Assembly (NCBI GenBank): GCA_030141605.1
Contig: JAQGDQ010000814.1
Coordinates: forward strand, 34,027 to 92,823
Direction: 5' to 3'
DNA length: 58,797 nt
Source: Tubiluchus corallicola
Lineage: Eukaryota > Animalia > Priapulida
Shown here: piece after piece, positions 9,952 through 22,529 of the stretch
Layout: each line of letters opens with the position of its first letter
How positions within the stretch are numbered: the first letter of the stretch is position 1
Made by a program: the position numbers and the translations under genes
Notes under the pieces: model-generated
Told to the model about the DNA's origin: nothing
Databases searched by the model: none
The model's input: only the letters and a program-made list of their open reading frames with translations

Positions 9952-10422
9952 GTACCATTTTCCTTTTTGAATGTATTTATGCCTTGTTTGTACCACAGCT
10001 GCATTAGTTTTTATTCTTAAAGCTATACTTTCGAACTTGTCTATGATTGGCGTACATGTGTCCATAACTGCATAATGTGATTCAAGAAATGCTATGACAC
10101 TTCTCTGAAAAGTCAGCATAATTGAGAAAGTTTTACACTGTGATATAGTGCTGTGATATAGTGTGTGTGAGTATTGCAGTTTGCAAGTTCAATGCTTTAT
10201 TACATCGCTATAGCATGTACGACATTACCAGTCAGAAATATATTACACTTATACTGATACTTTGTAGGATGACAGTTTAGAGTAGTATTGCCACTAAATG
10301 GAGTCTCCTGGGTTTTTGACATTTAATATATATGTATAAGGAAATGCAATAAAGTTTGCAGATTTGTTTGTAAAAAAGCTGATATTTTAAGTTCATTAAT
10401 GAACTATTTGCTCCGTTTACAG

Positions 10423-10585
10423 ACTCTTTCGGTAGTGCACAGCTATGTGCACGTTCATCATTACTCAAAAGTCTCTTGTTCATGTACAGCGCTGGCTAAC
10501 AGGGAGGATGACGTAGTATCAGTTGGTGAAGATGGCAGAATTAACTTCTTAAATATGGAGCAAAAGGTTCCAGTGCGAACAGTTG
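10423..10585 (+). CDS. NUP43: Nup43 coding exon 4
   Basis: tttacag acceptor; TLSV...SCTAL...VVSVGEDGRINFL...PVRTV; phase-1 donor gtaaac. Confidence 0.93.
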
Positions 10586-10866
10586 GTAAACAGATTCACT
10601 ATTTGTAATAACATGTTTACATTAATGTTCATTAAATTCTAATATCCATATCATTTAGCACCTAAGGCAGCTGAACTTTTTTAGCATTGCTAGTTAAGTT
10701 ACTGAATATCTTAGTTACAGTTATTAATATTCTGTAATCACTTGCCATTTAGATTTCATGTTCCTTTCTCTGCTGTGGCCTTAAATAACTCAAAACATGA
10801 ACCTCACGATACACATTGAGTTAACGTTTGCCGGCTTGAATAAAGAACTATGTTAAGCTGTTGATA

Positions 10867-10890
10867 TTATATATATATATATATATATAT
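10867..10890. repeat. (TA)n microsatellite
   Basis: About 11 TA units. Confidence 0.9.
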
Positions 10891-11628
10891 TAGATGTATC
10901 AAACAATTTTAAGATTGCTAAGTGCTAAAATAATTCAGCAAACTGTTTGATTTCTTTGTATACTCCTGTGTTGTTTGCATAATGCATTATAAGCCACCAG
11001 AAATGCAAAATATTTCAATACTTTTGATTTAACATATGCTGGTACATTTTCTAGTCCACATTTGCTGCAAGCAGATTGAGAAGCTTATGTAGCAAAAATG
11101 TAATTAGCCTACTATAAAATATTATAAACACAACCGCTTCGCTTTGGCTGCTAGCAGCATGTCTGCCTCTGTCAAGTCTGCTAATGCTGCGCTCAGTGCA
11201 CGGATTGTTAGGTACCCACAGTACCAGTACCTACATTCTACACCTGTAGCTTGAATTATTTCACATTGTTTTTATCAGCAGACAATCAAGCATGTGCTAA
11301 TATCAATTATCTAGATTATCACGATGCTGGTGCACTTTGATCGTCACAAAAGGTGCCACGATGCATCGCTGTATCGTTACAGGCCTAAGGCACAGTACCG
11401 TGGCATTTGAATTTGGATCAAAGGGTCAGGCCATCAGTTACTATTTTTCAATGCAACACTGCAATACTTCTGAAGCTATCTGGAGATCTTAAATAGTTTT
11501 TTAACGACCACTTGCCACTTGTAACCAAATTTCAGTCTGAACTAGCCTCTGAAAAGTGTAAAATGCTTGGTCTGTTAGCACTTCTCTTTGGAGAACTTTA
11601 TTTTACATTTTCTTTTCATCTTTTCTAG

Positions 11629-11764
11629 ATAATGCAGACAGCTGTACTATAAATGATGTAACTTTCTTGAAAAAGTTTGAAATAGCTACAACCAACTCTG
11701 CTGGTCAGTTGAAAGTCTGGGATATACGTGAAGGAAGCACCAAACCTTGTCGAACACTCTTGCT
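11629..11764 (+). CDS. NUP43: Nup43 coding exon 5
   Basis: ttttctag acceptor; (D)NADSCTINDVTFLK...NSAGQLKVWDIRE; phase-2 donor gtatgt. Confidence 0.93.
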
Positions 11765-13290
11765 GTATGTTTTCAGTTGACTTAAACATTTTCAGTTTGG
11801 TTGTTTACACGATACTTTAAATGCTCTCAGTAGCAGTCAGTTCATTGTCATTGTTGTCGCAATTTTGGTGTGTGCATATTTTTTAGTAATGCCATCTTGC
11901 CTGCGTGTCATAATTGTCAATCTTTTATTTGGCCTTGTACAGTTTTGTCAAGTGCAAAGTTTACCTATACTTAAAACATTTCTCAAGGCAGCTATTCTTG
12001 TTTAACATTAGTTGATCATGCCATAAACCTACCATACATTAGGCCAGCCCCAAAAAATTTGTTTCTGTCTTACCTCATGAACTCAAAAGATGTCAATAAG
12101 GAGGGAGGAAACTTTTTATTACCCACTGGATAGCATTCACATTTTTATATTTTTTCTGTGCACATTTTTTCATGCTTTGTTCTTTAGTTTTTGTTTCGCA
12201 TTACTAAATTATTGTACAATTACGAATTATCATATAGTCTCTTTTTTTGTACAGTAAGAACGTATGTTCTGAAAATTATGGTTAAGTAGCAACACTATTC
12301 TGCCATTATTACAATAATCAGCATCATATGAAATGACAAGCCTGGCCAAGAGTGAGCTATAGAAAAACATGGCTGTGTCTCTCTGAAACAGCAATATTAT
12401 AATAATTATTGTGTTTTATGTTTTTAATTAAAAAAATACACTTTTATATGGCTGTGCCAGATAATTTATGAATTTATAAATAGAATTGTAAAATTCCCGG
12501 TCAGGTGTATGATAAAAAAATATTAACAGGGCGAATTAGATGGAAAGAAGAATCTTTATTGCTGGCATTATTTTCTTGTAATAACAGAGTTTGAAATTGG
12601 TAGTGGTTCCATAAACATGATTAATTTATCATGCACTTATTCATCTACATTATCTTGCCTAAGCCTTACAAGTGTCGTTTTTATTGTCACTTTTTGTTTG
12701 CAAAGTTCCTGTAATGAATTATTCATATTTGAATTTTTAGATCATGTTTGACTTATTTTGCCACTTGATGGCTGTTACTTTTTTATCCTTGGTTTTCATC
12801 AAGCTAACTGAAGGTGGATCCATGTTTAGTTTGATTGATGAGGTTAACCCAAAACCTTCACTTTCTTTCCTACCAACTAACTCCCTGTTGGTGACTGAAT
12901 TACCAAAAGATCATTATAGATGAAAATTCAATATGTCGACACCAAAACGTGTATCTTCAACTAAACTTCATTTGTTTTGCACACCCTCATAGAGGTGTAA
13001 CTTTTAAGCATGCCATGGAGAGACATCTTAGCAAATCACGTGTATAGTGAGTGGAAGCCAGAACAGGTGACCTAGAAAAGTCATTTCAGGTACAGAACTG
13101 CTGACGTTTGAATGTTAAAAGCAACTATGTTAATAAAATGCAGTGAATGAATGTTGATATCAAAGAAAAAATGTTTTTTAAGCCAACAATGGTTAGCTTG
13201 GTGTAGCTGTAGCTGCTGGTGTTAGTAGACTAGACCCACTATAGTCTAGTCTACATTTTGATTGGGTGGCAAAATCAACTGTCATCTATA

Positions 13291-13906
13291 CAGTAAGCCT
13301 CGCTTTAGCGATGTTTTAACGACTAGGAGTGTATCAACACTTTACGACACAATACCTAGTTTCTACATAGTTATTATTAATTACATGTATTTCTATGTAT
13401 TTTATATTTAAGCAGGCTGCACAACTGCTTGTTGTGTAATACCTTGCACCTGCTTGTTAAGTGGTACTTGTATAACAGCTTCGCTCAGTAACTGCCTGTA
13501 CTGTGTTATAAAATGTGCCTTTTACGTGATTATAAAAGTATACACATTTTTTGAGGGGAATAAATATTTTCTAAAATGTGACACCCTCAAACTTTGCTGC
13601 CTTAGGCTATAGCCTAATTAGCCTATTGGTTAATACGCCCCTGTTAACGACACTGAACATTGACACTTTTTTCACTTAAAAATACATGTTTCGTTTTAAT
13701 AGCTATTCTTTTACTTTGGTCAAAGCAATTTTTACTTTATCAACAACTTTTTTACCTAATATGAAACATTGAAACAGTGTTTTTTGCATAATTCTGTTCT
13801 AAAAAATGCATTAGTAACGCAGAATAGTACAATTATTTGCGTTTTTGCTTCCCGAATGACTGCTAAAATTTAATGCTAGCTGTTTGTATCAAGCGAGATC
13901 TACATG
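13291..13906. mobile_element. pogo/Tc1-type MITE with a nested repeat fragment
   Basis: TA-CAGTAAGCCTCGCTT ... AAGCGAGATCTACATG-TA imperfect TIRs; internal 13355-13530 recurs at 22196-22370; ...TACGCCCCTG hAT-like end near 13643. Confidence 0.55.
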
Positions 13907-14074
13907 TATTTGCAAGAAAGACACGAATCAGTAGAAATATGAATAAGCTCATAAAATGTTTAATTTATATGGATTAAACAAGATTGACGTTTGCCTCTGG
14001 AAATTATCTCAAGTCTTTCACATTATTTTCCATGGAAGTCGTGGCTTCTTTTAACAATATTTACTGTATTTCAG

Positions 14075-14226
14075 AACTGGAGACACTGTGCCTTTGCATT
14101 GTGTAGACAAGCACCCTGGGCAGCCACATGTTTTAGCAACTGGTGGCCAAGATGGCATGCTGTGCATTTGGGATCTTAGACAAGACAAATACCCTGCAAC
14201 TCTTCTTAATGCACATTCTGGTGACA
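14075..14226 (+). CDS. NUP43: Nup43 coding exon 6
   Basis: tttcag acceptor; TGDTVPLHCVDKHPGQPHVLATGGQDGMLCIWDLRQ...LLNAH; donor gtaagt. Confidence 0.95.
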
Positions 14227-14669
14227 GTAAGTATACTTTAAATGTAGTACTTTCTTATTACTAACATTGCAAATGCAAAATAATTAAATACTGGTCCGAA
14301 CATCACACGTTCGTACTATTTGTAGGTACTATAAAGTATAACTCATAAATTGTGTAACATTTTGGACAAAGTAATTCTTCCATTAACAATATAAAGCAAT
14401 ACTTCACATATTTTATCTAAAAGCATTGCAAAAACAAACATTGCAAAAAATTTAATTATGATTCATAAAGAATGGTCAGAATGCTTTAAGATAATGTGTG
14501 TAGGAGTTGGTTTAAAGATATTTTTGTTCTGGGGATTTTGGGTTTGAATGCTCTAGGTATCATATACTTCCAATGCTATTTTGTTGAAAAAAAATGTGCT
14601 AATTGTGAAAATGCTCAAAGTATGCAACAACAAATTAGTTAATATAAAAATTTAATTTTGTTTCTTAAG

Positions 14670-15300
14670 TTTGTCACTTTGCTGGGAACGTTTACTAAAT
14701 TTTTACCTCTCCCCCATTACTGTTCTGGGCGGAGCATAATGACTTCTCCTCAACATTTCTGTCAATTGTGCAAATGTTTTTGTAGTCGGGTCTTCAGGCA
14801 TGCATAAATTTATTACCATTTCAAATGCTTCTGCTCATACCAATGTCAGCAGAACACCAACATTTTCATTGTCTGGGATTTTATTTACCTGCATCCATAA
14901 CTGAAGCCTTTTCGAATAATTTTCCCAGTCTTCTGTACATGGTTTAAACTCAGAAATATTGCCGATGTGTGCACTGACATTAGCCATTGTTTTTTTTAAA
15001 AACCATGTTGCCTGTCTGTTGGACATGTACACTTAAAATCGATGATAGTTTCTATTTGTGCAGAGACACGCTATGACTTTTACAGTTTATAGAATGTTCT
15101 GTCATGTTATAGTTCATAGAGTCGCCATGTTCTGTCATGTTTTCTGACAGATCATTTAAAGACGAAAGCAGACATTTAGTGGTAATCCCAGAATGCTGTT
15201 TATTGAAATACAGAATAATAAATGCACTGCTATACCCATGGATCTAATGAAGTTCAAGTCATAGTACAATACTCTACAGCATATATGCATATTATTTAAC
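14670..15300 (-). mobile_element. Relic Ty3/Gypsy (K02A2.6-like): partial LTR, PBS and gag start
   Basis: Minus ACA-TGGCGAC LTR/PBS junction at about 15121-15130; MANVSAHIGNISEF...EDWENYSKRL; downstream HYAPPRTVMGER*KFSKRSQ gag motif with stops. Confidence 0.75.
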
Positions 15301-15304
15301 TAAC

Positions 15305-16200
15305 TCAAGACAAGGCATCTCCTATTATACTTTGTGTGCTTTTGATGTGCCATATATCTAAATTATGCTCCTGCAGAGCTAAATGCCGATGCAACAATCT
15401 GTGATTTCTGCTTTTCATTTTCCTAACCAACGTGAGAGAGTTGTGATTATTGAGCGCAAGCACAGGTGACACCGTTGTTTTGAAGTACACATCAAAATAC
15501 TGCAGTGCGATCACCTAAACCAGGCATTCCTTGTCAAAGGTGATCTTGTGCTGGTTGAATTTCTTGGAGGTATCCAACGGGATGGTCTATGCCTGACAAA
15601 TCTGGAAGATGCACGTCCGGAATGCTTCGATGGTCAATGATATTGTTCTCTGGCAGTTTTCCATTAATGACACTGGCTTTAGTACAATATTCATGTCACC
15701 CCTCTCAACATAGTCTTTGAGTATCATAATGTGACACAGCTGCTTTGTCTTACACCTATTTGGCATCATCACAATATAGTTGGTATCACTGACCTATGAC
15801 TCATTTTCATATGGACCATGGTATCTGACTTATAAGATATTTACAGGGCTTTCAAAGATAACTAGAACTTTGTCACTAGGAGTCACCAGAACTTAGTCAC
15901 TAGAAGTTTTGCAGGTGTGAGCTCTTATTATTCTTGCATTCTTATTATACCAAATTTTCAATATTTACTTTGCTTTTTGTCAAGTTAAGCTACTGTGCAA
16001 GCTAGAGTTAATTTTTCTTGGAAACAACAAGCATACTCTAAAAGATGAAGCTCACAAATTTATCACAAATCCATTTTTCTTTCCAAAGTTCAACAGGCCT
16101 AGTAAAGAGTACTCAAACATGAGTTCAAAAGGGCTAAATTCCAGAAAAGTTTGAGCACAGTCTCGCGCAGTAAACAGTAACACACCTTCATCCTGGCCTG
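15305..16200 (-). mobile_element. Relic Gmr1-type Gypsy (integrase upstream of RNase H, RT deleted)
   Basis: Minus strand order: DEGVLLFTARD...FSPFEL (IN), YHGPYE...KQLCHI (IN C-term), DHPVGY..KKFN...ALQYFDVY...IGDALS (RNase H). Confidence 0.8.
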
Positions 16201-16417
16201 GAAGTGGATGACATAGATATTGAATTTATCAATGAAGTCTGATCTCAGAATATCTACTGATTAGATCGGATGATATTGAACTGAAAAGTTTTGAAAAAAT
16301 ATTTATTTTTCGTACTCAGTAGTTTAGTGTTGCTCAGAATAGCTCCTGGTGATACTAGCAACAGAACCCCCTTTCTAATGCAGAAATTTTTAAAATGTAT
16401 TTTATGTATTATTCCAG

Positions 16418-16528
16418 TGTGGGAAGTTAGGTTTCATCCATCATATCCAGATAATTTATTTACCTGCTCAGAAGATGGATCTGTGTGGCAGTGGGATGTT
16501 TCGATGATTAAAAAAGCTTTACAATCTG
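16418..16528 (+). CDS. NUP43: Nup43 coding exon 7
   Basis: ttccag acceptor; (M)WEVRFHPSYPDNLFTCSEDGSVWQWD; donor gttagt. Confidence 0.93.
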
Positions 16529-16725
16529 GTTAGTACAAAATTATGCATGACAGTAATAGTTTTAAATATTGCTGGTTTGTTACTTTCTCGGCATTAAAAA
16601 GAGCTTTCTGAATTCTTTGCTTCATTTTACCGTAAAAAACCAATTCCTCTATTGTACTGCACTGCAAGATTTTTAACCTACATAGTTGCAAGGGTTTATA
16701 CTAATGCTGAGTCATTTGTCTTTAG

Positions 16726-16898
16726 GCGATGTGAACCCGTGGTTATGTATTAATGCAGCAAAGCAAAAAATGGACATATCTTCACTCATTCCAGAAAACA
16801 TCATGCCTGTGAATACTATAGATATTATTGCCAATATTCTTCTTTGTGGTACTGATGGGGAAGCTATACATGTTATCAAAAATGTGATTGTGAATTGA
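16726..16898 (+). CDS. NUP43: Nup43 terminal coding exon 8
   Basis: ctaat branch-like motif and tttag acceptor; DVNPWL...ISSLIP...VNTIDI...LLCGTDGEAIHV then TGA. All 8 exons join in frame: 1050 nt, 349 aa. Confidence 0.9.
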
Positions 16899-17103
16899 CT
16901 AGAAGTTTCCCTAGTTATTGTTGTATTGTTGTATCTCATTGTCATAAATTTAAAAAATGTTATGTACTCTGTATGGCTTGAGCTACTGTGAATTTGGCTT
17001 GATTTGTTAGAAATGTAGGTGAAGCGTTTCTTACCAACTAGTAAACGTTCATACTATCCTACTGAGAGCGTCAAAATGGAAACATTTTGTATCCTATGAC
17101 ATA

Positions 17104-17306
17104 CAGGCAAACCTCATTACAATGCCAATCTTTCTTAACTATAGCATTTATGGCAAAACAGAATATCTGTGTTTGCATAAACATGTATGCATTAGCTCAG
17201 CTTGTTATATTGTCAAACTCACTGAACGAAAACAAACTTTTTTGCAGTCCCAAAGTAGATGTATAGACATTTTTACATAAAGAAATTGTATAAAGAGGTT
17301 TGACTG
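17104..17306. mobile_element. pogo/Tc1-type MITE downstream of the NUP43 stop
   Basis: TA-CAGGCAAACCTC ... GAGGTTTGACTG-TA. Confidence 0.75.
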
Positions 17307-17439
17307 TATTTGACTATAGTTAACAGCATTATTTGTTTAACAAATGGTGGAGGAAGACACTACAGTCACCAAGCATCCACCCTCACTCATAAAACTATGT
17401 GATAAAAATGTAAGTTAGTGGCGTTAGTATTAAAGTAAT

Positions 17440-18690
17440 TTATTTTTTTAATTGCAATTCTGATAAGCTGTCAACGATAACAACAATATCAATACATAAC
17501 AACTCAGGAGAATAATTATAACGAGTTACTTCAGTCAGCATTCATAACTGCTGACTGAAGTAACTATATATACAGCATTATACATTGTTATACAGCATAT
17601 AAGTATTATACGTTTATTCATGTATATATGATACATGTATATCTATATACATACATGCATACCCACATACATATACATACACAAGCACGCACACACACAC
17701 AGACACACACACACACACATATATATAAATTAACTATCATAACTCATATACACCAATATACATACGTTCACATACATTCATATACATGCACACCTCTCAT
17801 ATATATATATGCATATACACACACACACACACACATGCGTGCACACACACATCTATACAAAGTTAAATTCAAAGCTGACAGAGTTAACGGTCTGCACTGA
17901 GAGTAAGAGCAACATATTTAGGTCATAAATATAGATCATAATACAAACTTCATGTAGGATAAATTAAACCAGTCATAAATACAACCTTCATGCAGCATAA
18001 GTCAAACCAGTTATACTACACAAACCAAAGAAAACTATGCAAATTAAATTGGCATGATTGGCGAAGTTAGTACGAGCAATAGCCTAAGCAAATTTTATAC
18101 ACGAAGTTGTAATATCATCAAGGAATATTATAATAAAAATTAGCAGTGAAACAAAATTAAAATACGGAAACCTAACAGAATTTAGCATGCGAAAAACATT
18201 ATAGGAAATATTTAAATCATAAGCATGGCATTCATGCAACCGAAAATATCAAAATATGTAAATTGTAACAAGCAAAATCAACAAAATGTTTTGGCGTAGG
18301 CATATTACAGTTATTTTTACGAGCAGTAGGACTGGCACGCAAGTTGACTATATTTATTTTTGTTGTTAAACATTAATTTACCAGTTAAATAGTTTCGGAT
18401 ACATCTCTTTAAATTTAGTCGTGGTATCTTATAGTAATGCTTGATTCTTGTCGTGTGTATGAATTGTATTAATTTTTCAAAAATATAATTATTTTGAATA
18501 GCTATCATCACATCAAACTAAAATGAATTCAGTATGGCCATGCAGAAAGCTTAGCTGTAAGTAATGGTAATTTTATATTGGCTTGCATGAAATCCAATGT
18601 GCGGTAACCTGCCGCAGTTTTATTTAAATGGTTGTCATGTCCATGACTTCATACTTGCTAACACCTCAAATTACCATACATGTATCACTA
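17440..18690 (-). mobile_element. Probable degraded 3' end of an L2/CR1-type LINE
   Basis: Minus IHTTRIKHYYKIPRLNL resembles the LINE ORF2 C-terminus; followed by a GT-rich tail, a hairpin and AATAAA. Confidence 0.4.
17620..17850. repeat. Compound (CA/TA)n low-complexity tract
   Basis: cacacaca/tatata runs. Confidence 0.9.
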
Positions 18691-18884
18691 ACTAATCTTG
18701 TTTAGTAAGTCTTGATATAAAAATATGTCTGCCTAGGGAGCGAATTGGTTCATAAAGGTAAAAAATGACGTTTTGTCTGTGAACTGCTGTAATTTGCAAA
18801 AGATTCCGGTATAGTTTTTTAACTTCTTTATCGAAATTGTAGCCATTATTTTTACAATATATTTTTATACATGTAATACATAAC

Positions 18885-20950
18885 AACATGCCTCAAGCAC
18901 CATTGGTTGCTTGGCATGCTGGAGTCCTCCACTAACACATCTCCAGACTTGAGATTGACAGATGCCTTATTCCATTTTTGCCGGTGCTCCAGCTGAGGCA
19001 AATATTCCAGCAAAAATCTTCTCCAATTGACTGACGTCAGCGAGATATTGCACTTGCCTCCAATGCTTCCAATAAGAATTATACCAGTTTCCACTAATGT
19101 CCTAGAGGAAGTGACGTGCTTGCTCTAAGAAGCAACAAATGGGAGTAAGAAGCCCTGGGTCCTTAGGATCGTTAGGTACTACAGTATTCGACAGTATTTA
19201 TTATAGATTCGACGTCATAAATTAGTGTATTATTATTACAGAGACTCATTATTAAAAACTTACTCACCAGCTACCGATGCAATTATTTTTTAATTGTGCG
19301 AACCCATTCTTTTGCCATTACCGACCTGATTAAACTTAAAGTTAAACTTAACGAGAGTGCTCTCATAAATCCGCTGCATGCTCGTAAATCTGCCTAACGC
19401 CTGATAAAACCGTTAATTTCAAGCGAATGCAGAACCTCGATGTAACTAGCATGCATGACATTGCACATAAAGATGCCGTCACATCTTTTTGCTTCCAGTC
19501 ATAGACATAGACATTTTATTTTTCTCCAATTTGTGTCACAAATTCACACAGTCTGTCAGCTTTACCCTGAAAGTGCCAAAGCAGTCCAATATCCTACATT
19601 GTGAAACCCGGCAGCTCCAATATAGTTCTTTTGTAAGGCAAATCTGCCATCAGGTGAAGCACAAAGATGGCTGCAAGAAAAACAGTTGCTTGTAGACTTT
19701 CTAACTGCTGACCTAGCTAATAACTACCCAATATCTCTCGCGAACCGAGGTTAAAACGTGCTCTCTTCCCCAATGACCGGATTTTTTATTGCAGTAGTGG
19801 ATAAAGAGTGTAACAACATGCTCATCCTTATACAGAATTACCTGGTGCTTGCCATTCTCAGGCAATGCGAAATTCCTCAAACGTCCACCCACACACAACA
19901 GACCACCAGAAGAGAGTACTGGATCAAGTTTCTTCAGATCATTACTACCAGGCAAGCCACACACAACTTCCTTGATCCCTGTTTCCTTCAAGTGTCAAAA
20001 GAATCTGTTTAAAATACTTCTATTGTAATAACCTCACAATATACAGCTCTGCCTGCTGCTACTGCTCTTGCTGCTGCTGCTGCAAAATAGAAAGTCGCCC
20101 TGAGAAACCCCTTTGATTCTCTCCCATAACTAGCAGCAGTATTTTCAACCATAAAATCCAGGCCACATTCTTCTTGAGGTTTGTACCAAGAAAAATGCGT
20201 TTTAAACAATTTGTTCACTAGACTCAAATCATCAGCGGCGGATGCTACATATGACGTTACTATTGGACTTGACTTCGGCATAGAACTTTTGACCTCAGCA
20301 GCCAATTTTGACAGGCGACATACTGCTCAACAGTCATCCCTCATTTCCTCTAAAAGAAAAATCCATCAAATGTTTTTCTCAGCTGACATAGAAGCACTGT
20401 GACGGACTTGATTCTTCAAGAATAAAACTCAAACAATTGGCAACAAAGGAGTCGAAGGCTTTGACCATACTCTGTATGTATCTCAGCACTATCATGCTAT
20501 CAGTCCAATAAGTTGTTACTTCAATGTCCATCGAATGCTCAGTCATTATAATCTAATTTAATTAACTTCATGTGTAGTGGCACAGAACTCAAGCCTTGGA
20601 ATTTTCAAAGATTTTACTGGGTGTTAGATGGAATCTTGCAGGGACAAACTACAATTTACTTTAGTTGTCACTTCTATCCAGAAAAAACAATAGTAGGCCA
20701 CTGCTCCATAGGCAACTTGCGAGGCATCTAAAAAGATGTGAAGCTCACAGCTACTAAAGGCTTGGCTGGTGATTGAATGTCTGATGAAGCACTGCACAAG
20801 CAAAGTGTTTGAATTGAGTATTCCTCACACATGGGCCATACATGTTGTTGAATGTTTTTAGGATCAGCTACAAGAAGTAGAAGTAGATTGGAAAATTTTA
20901 TCGTATTGAGCATGATATTGCATTAATAAGTTGGCGGATTTCATTTAAGC
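18885..20950 (-). mobile_element. Old degraded BEL/Pao pol fragment (RNase H-integrase)
   Basis: DASQVAYGAVAY; LCVGGRLRN...GHWGREHV; WRRFLLEYLPQL...NLKSGDVLV; many stops and frameshifts. Confidence 0.88.
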
Positions 20951-22529
20951 AATTATTCACGATGTTTAATGCAAAGAAACTTACTGTCAAATTCTATAAC
21001 AGTACTGAAATGCTTTATGAATTGCTGCGGTAAGTTCATGCTGTCGTATTATCACAATACTGCACTCCAGCTTAAGACGTGTAAAGATTTGGCATTCGTC
21101 CAAAACGCCAAGTGCTGTTGCTGCAATGCAAAATTGTAGAATTTCTTTTATGTTTGACGACAAAAGTGTAGCATGCAAAAATAAAAAAATTAAATTTCCA
21201 TGGCACACAGACACTGAAAATCGGATACTGGTAAAACTGCAAATGTTAATTCAAAACAAAAGTTATATAATATACAGTGTATGTAATGAAATTACTTAAC
21301 TTATTCATTGGACTGGACTAAAAGTTAACATAAATGCAACCCAATATAAAGTGGTGACGAGTAACGTAAGATTTTTCACACCTGTAACATAAACAAACGC
21401 AATTTTAGATGAGCTGCAGCTATACAAACATATTTTCTGAAATGTTAGTTTTAGGCATGTAAATTAAAATGAAGCTCATTTAGTACTTATTTACCATTAA
21501 TACATTCTGAAAAAATCCAAATTCTCGGAATAGATACTGTAAATTATGTTATTTTTGCGACATACGAAACGTCAGAATATGATAGAATGATCTCATCTGT
21601 CTCTTGCACAGGCTTTCGTGGATATTCAGTCAAACACACAAAGTGCTGGGTCACAGAGATTTTTTGACAGAAGACCCCATGTCGATAGTGCTCAATTGCA
21701 GTGCAGTCTTCTGATCATAAGACCTGACACACAAAGTGCTGGGCGACAATGATTTTTTTATGCTTAAGTGCATAGGGTATGCAAAAACAAGCTATGCATT
21801 AGTGCAAAAGCATTTTTAGTATGCAAATTCCAGACTCTAGCTCCAGTTAGTTCAAAAACAAATTTAATATCAGTAATAGGCAGCAAAGGCAATAATAGCA
21901 TAACGTGCAGAACATGATATTCAATTGATAAGAAAAATGAAAAATTAAGTTGACAATATCATAATAATTATAAATTAATTATATGTCTCCTTATTACGTT
22001 TCTTCAGTGTCAATTAATAATGCAAAAAATTGTCTGTTATAAATGTTACAAACAGCAGACTTTGTAACTCTATAGTAATATAGAATTAACTTTTTAGAAA
22101 TTTGTTGTTATTTGCAAAAATGTTAAATAACAAATATTTTACTTTTGAAATTTAAAACAAATTTACGAGAAATAGGTGTATTAGAAATGCTATTAACCTA
22201 GTTTCTACACGGTCATCTTTAATTACATGTATTTGCACAGTGCCTATATTCAGGTAGGCTGCGCAATTGCTTGTAGTGTAATACGTTGCACCTGTTCGTT
22301 ATGTAGCACTTATATAGAAGCTGCGCTTAGTAGCTGCCTGTGCTGTGTTATAAAATGTGCCCTTCACATAAACATAGATGAATATTTTCCAGCCATTCCT
22401 ATAGTTTGCTATCTGAGCATTTACAGGCACAGTAATAACATTAATATTTTTTGACTTTATAATCACAGCACTTTAAATTGCTCTGATACTGCATGCAGGG
22501 TTTCAGGGGTTAAGCATACAAAAGAATGA

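Noticed and set aside
17628-17900. His/Thr-rich 90-aa ORF
   Set aside because: Translation of a CA/TA microsatellite
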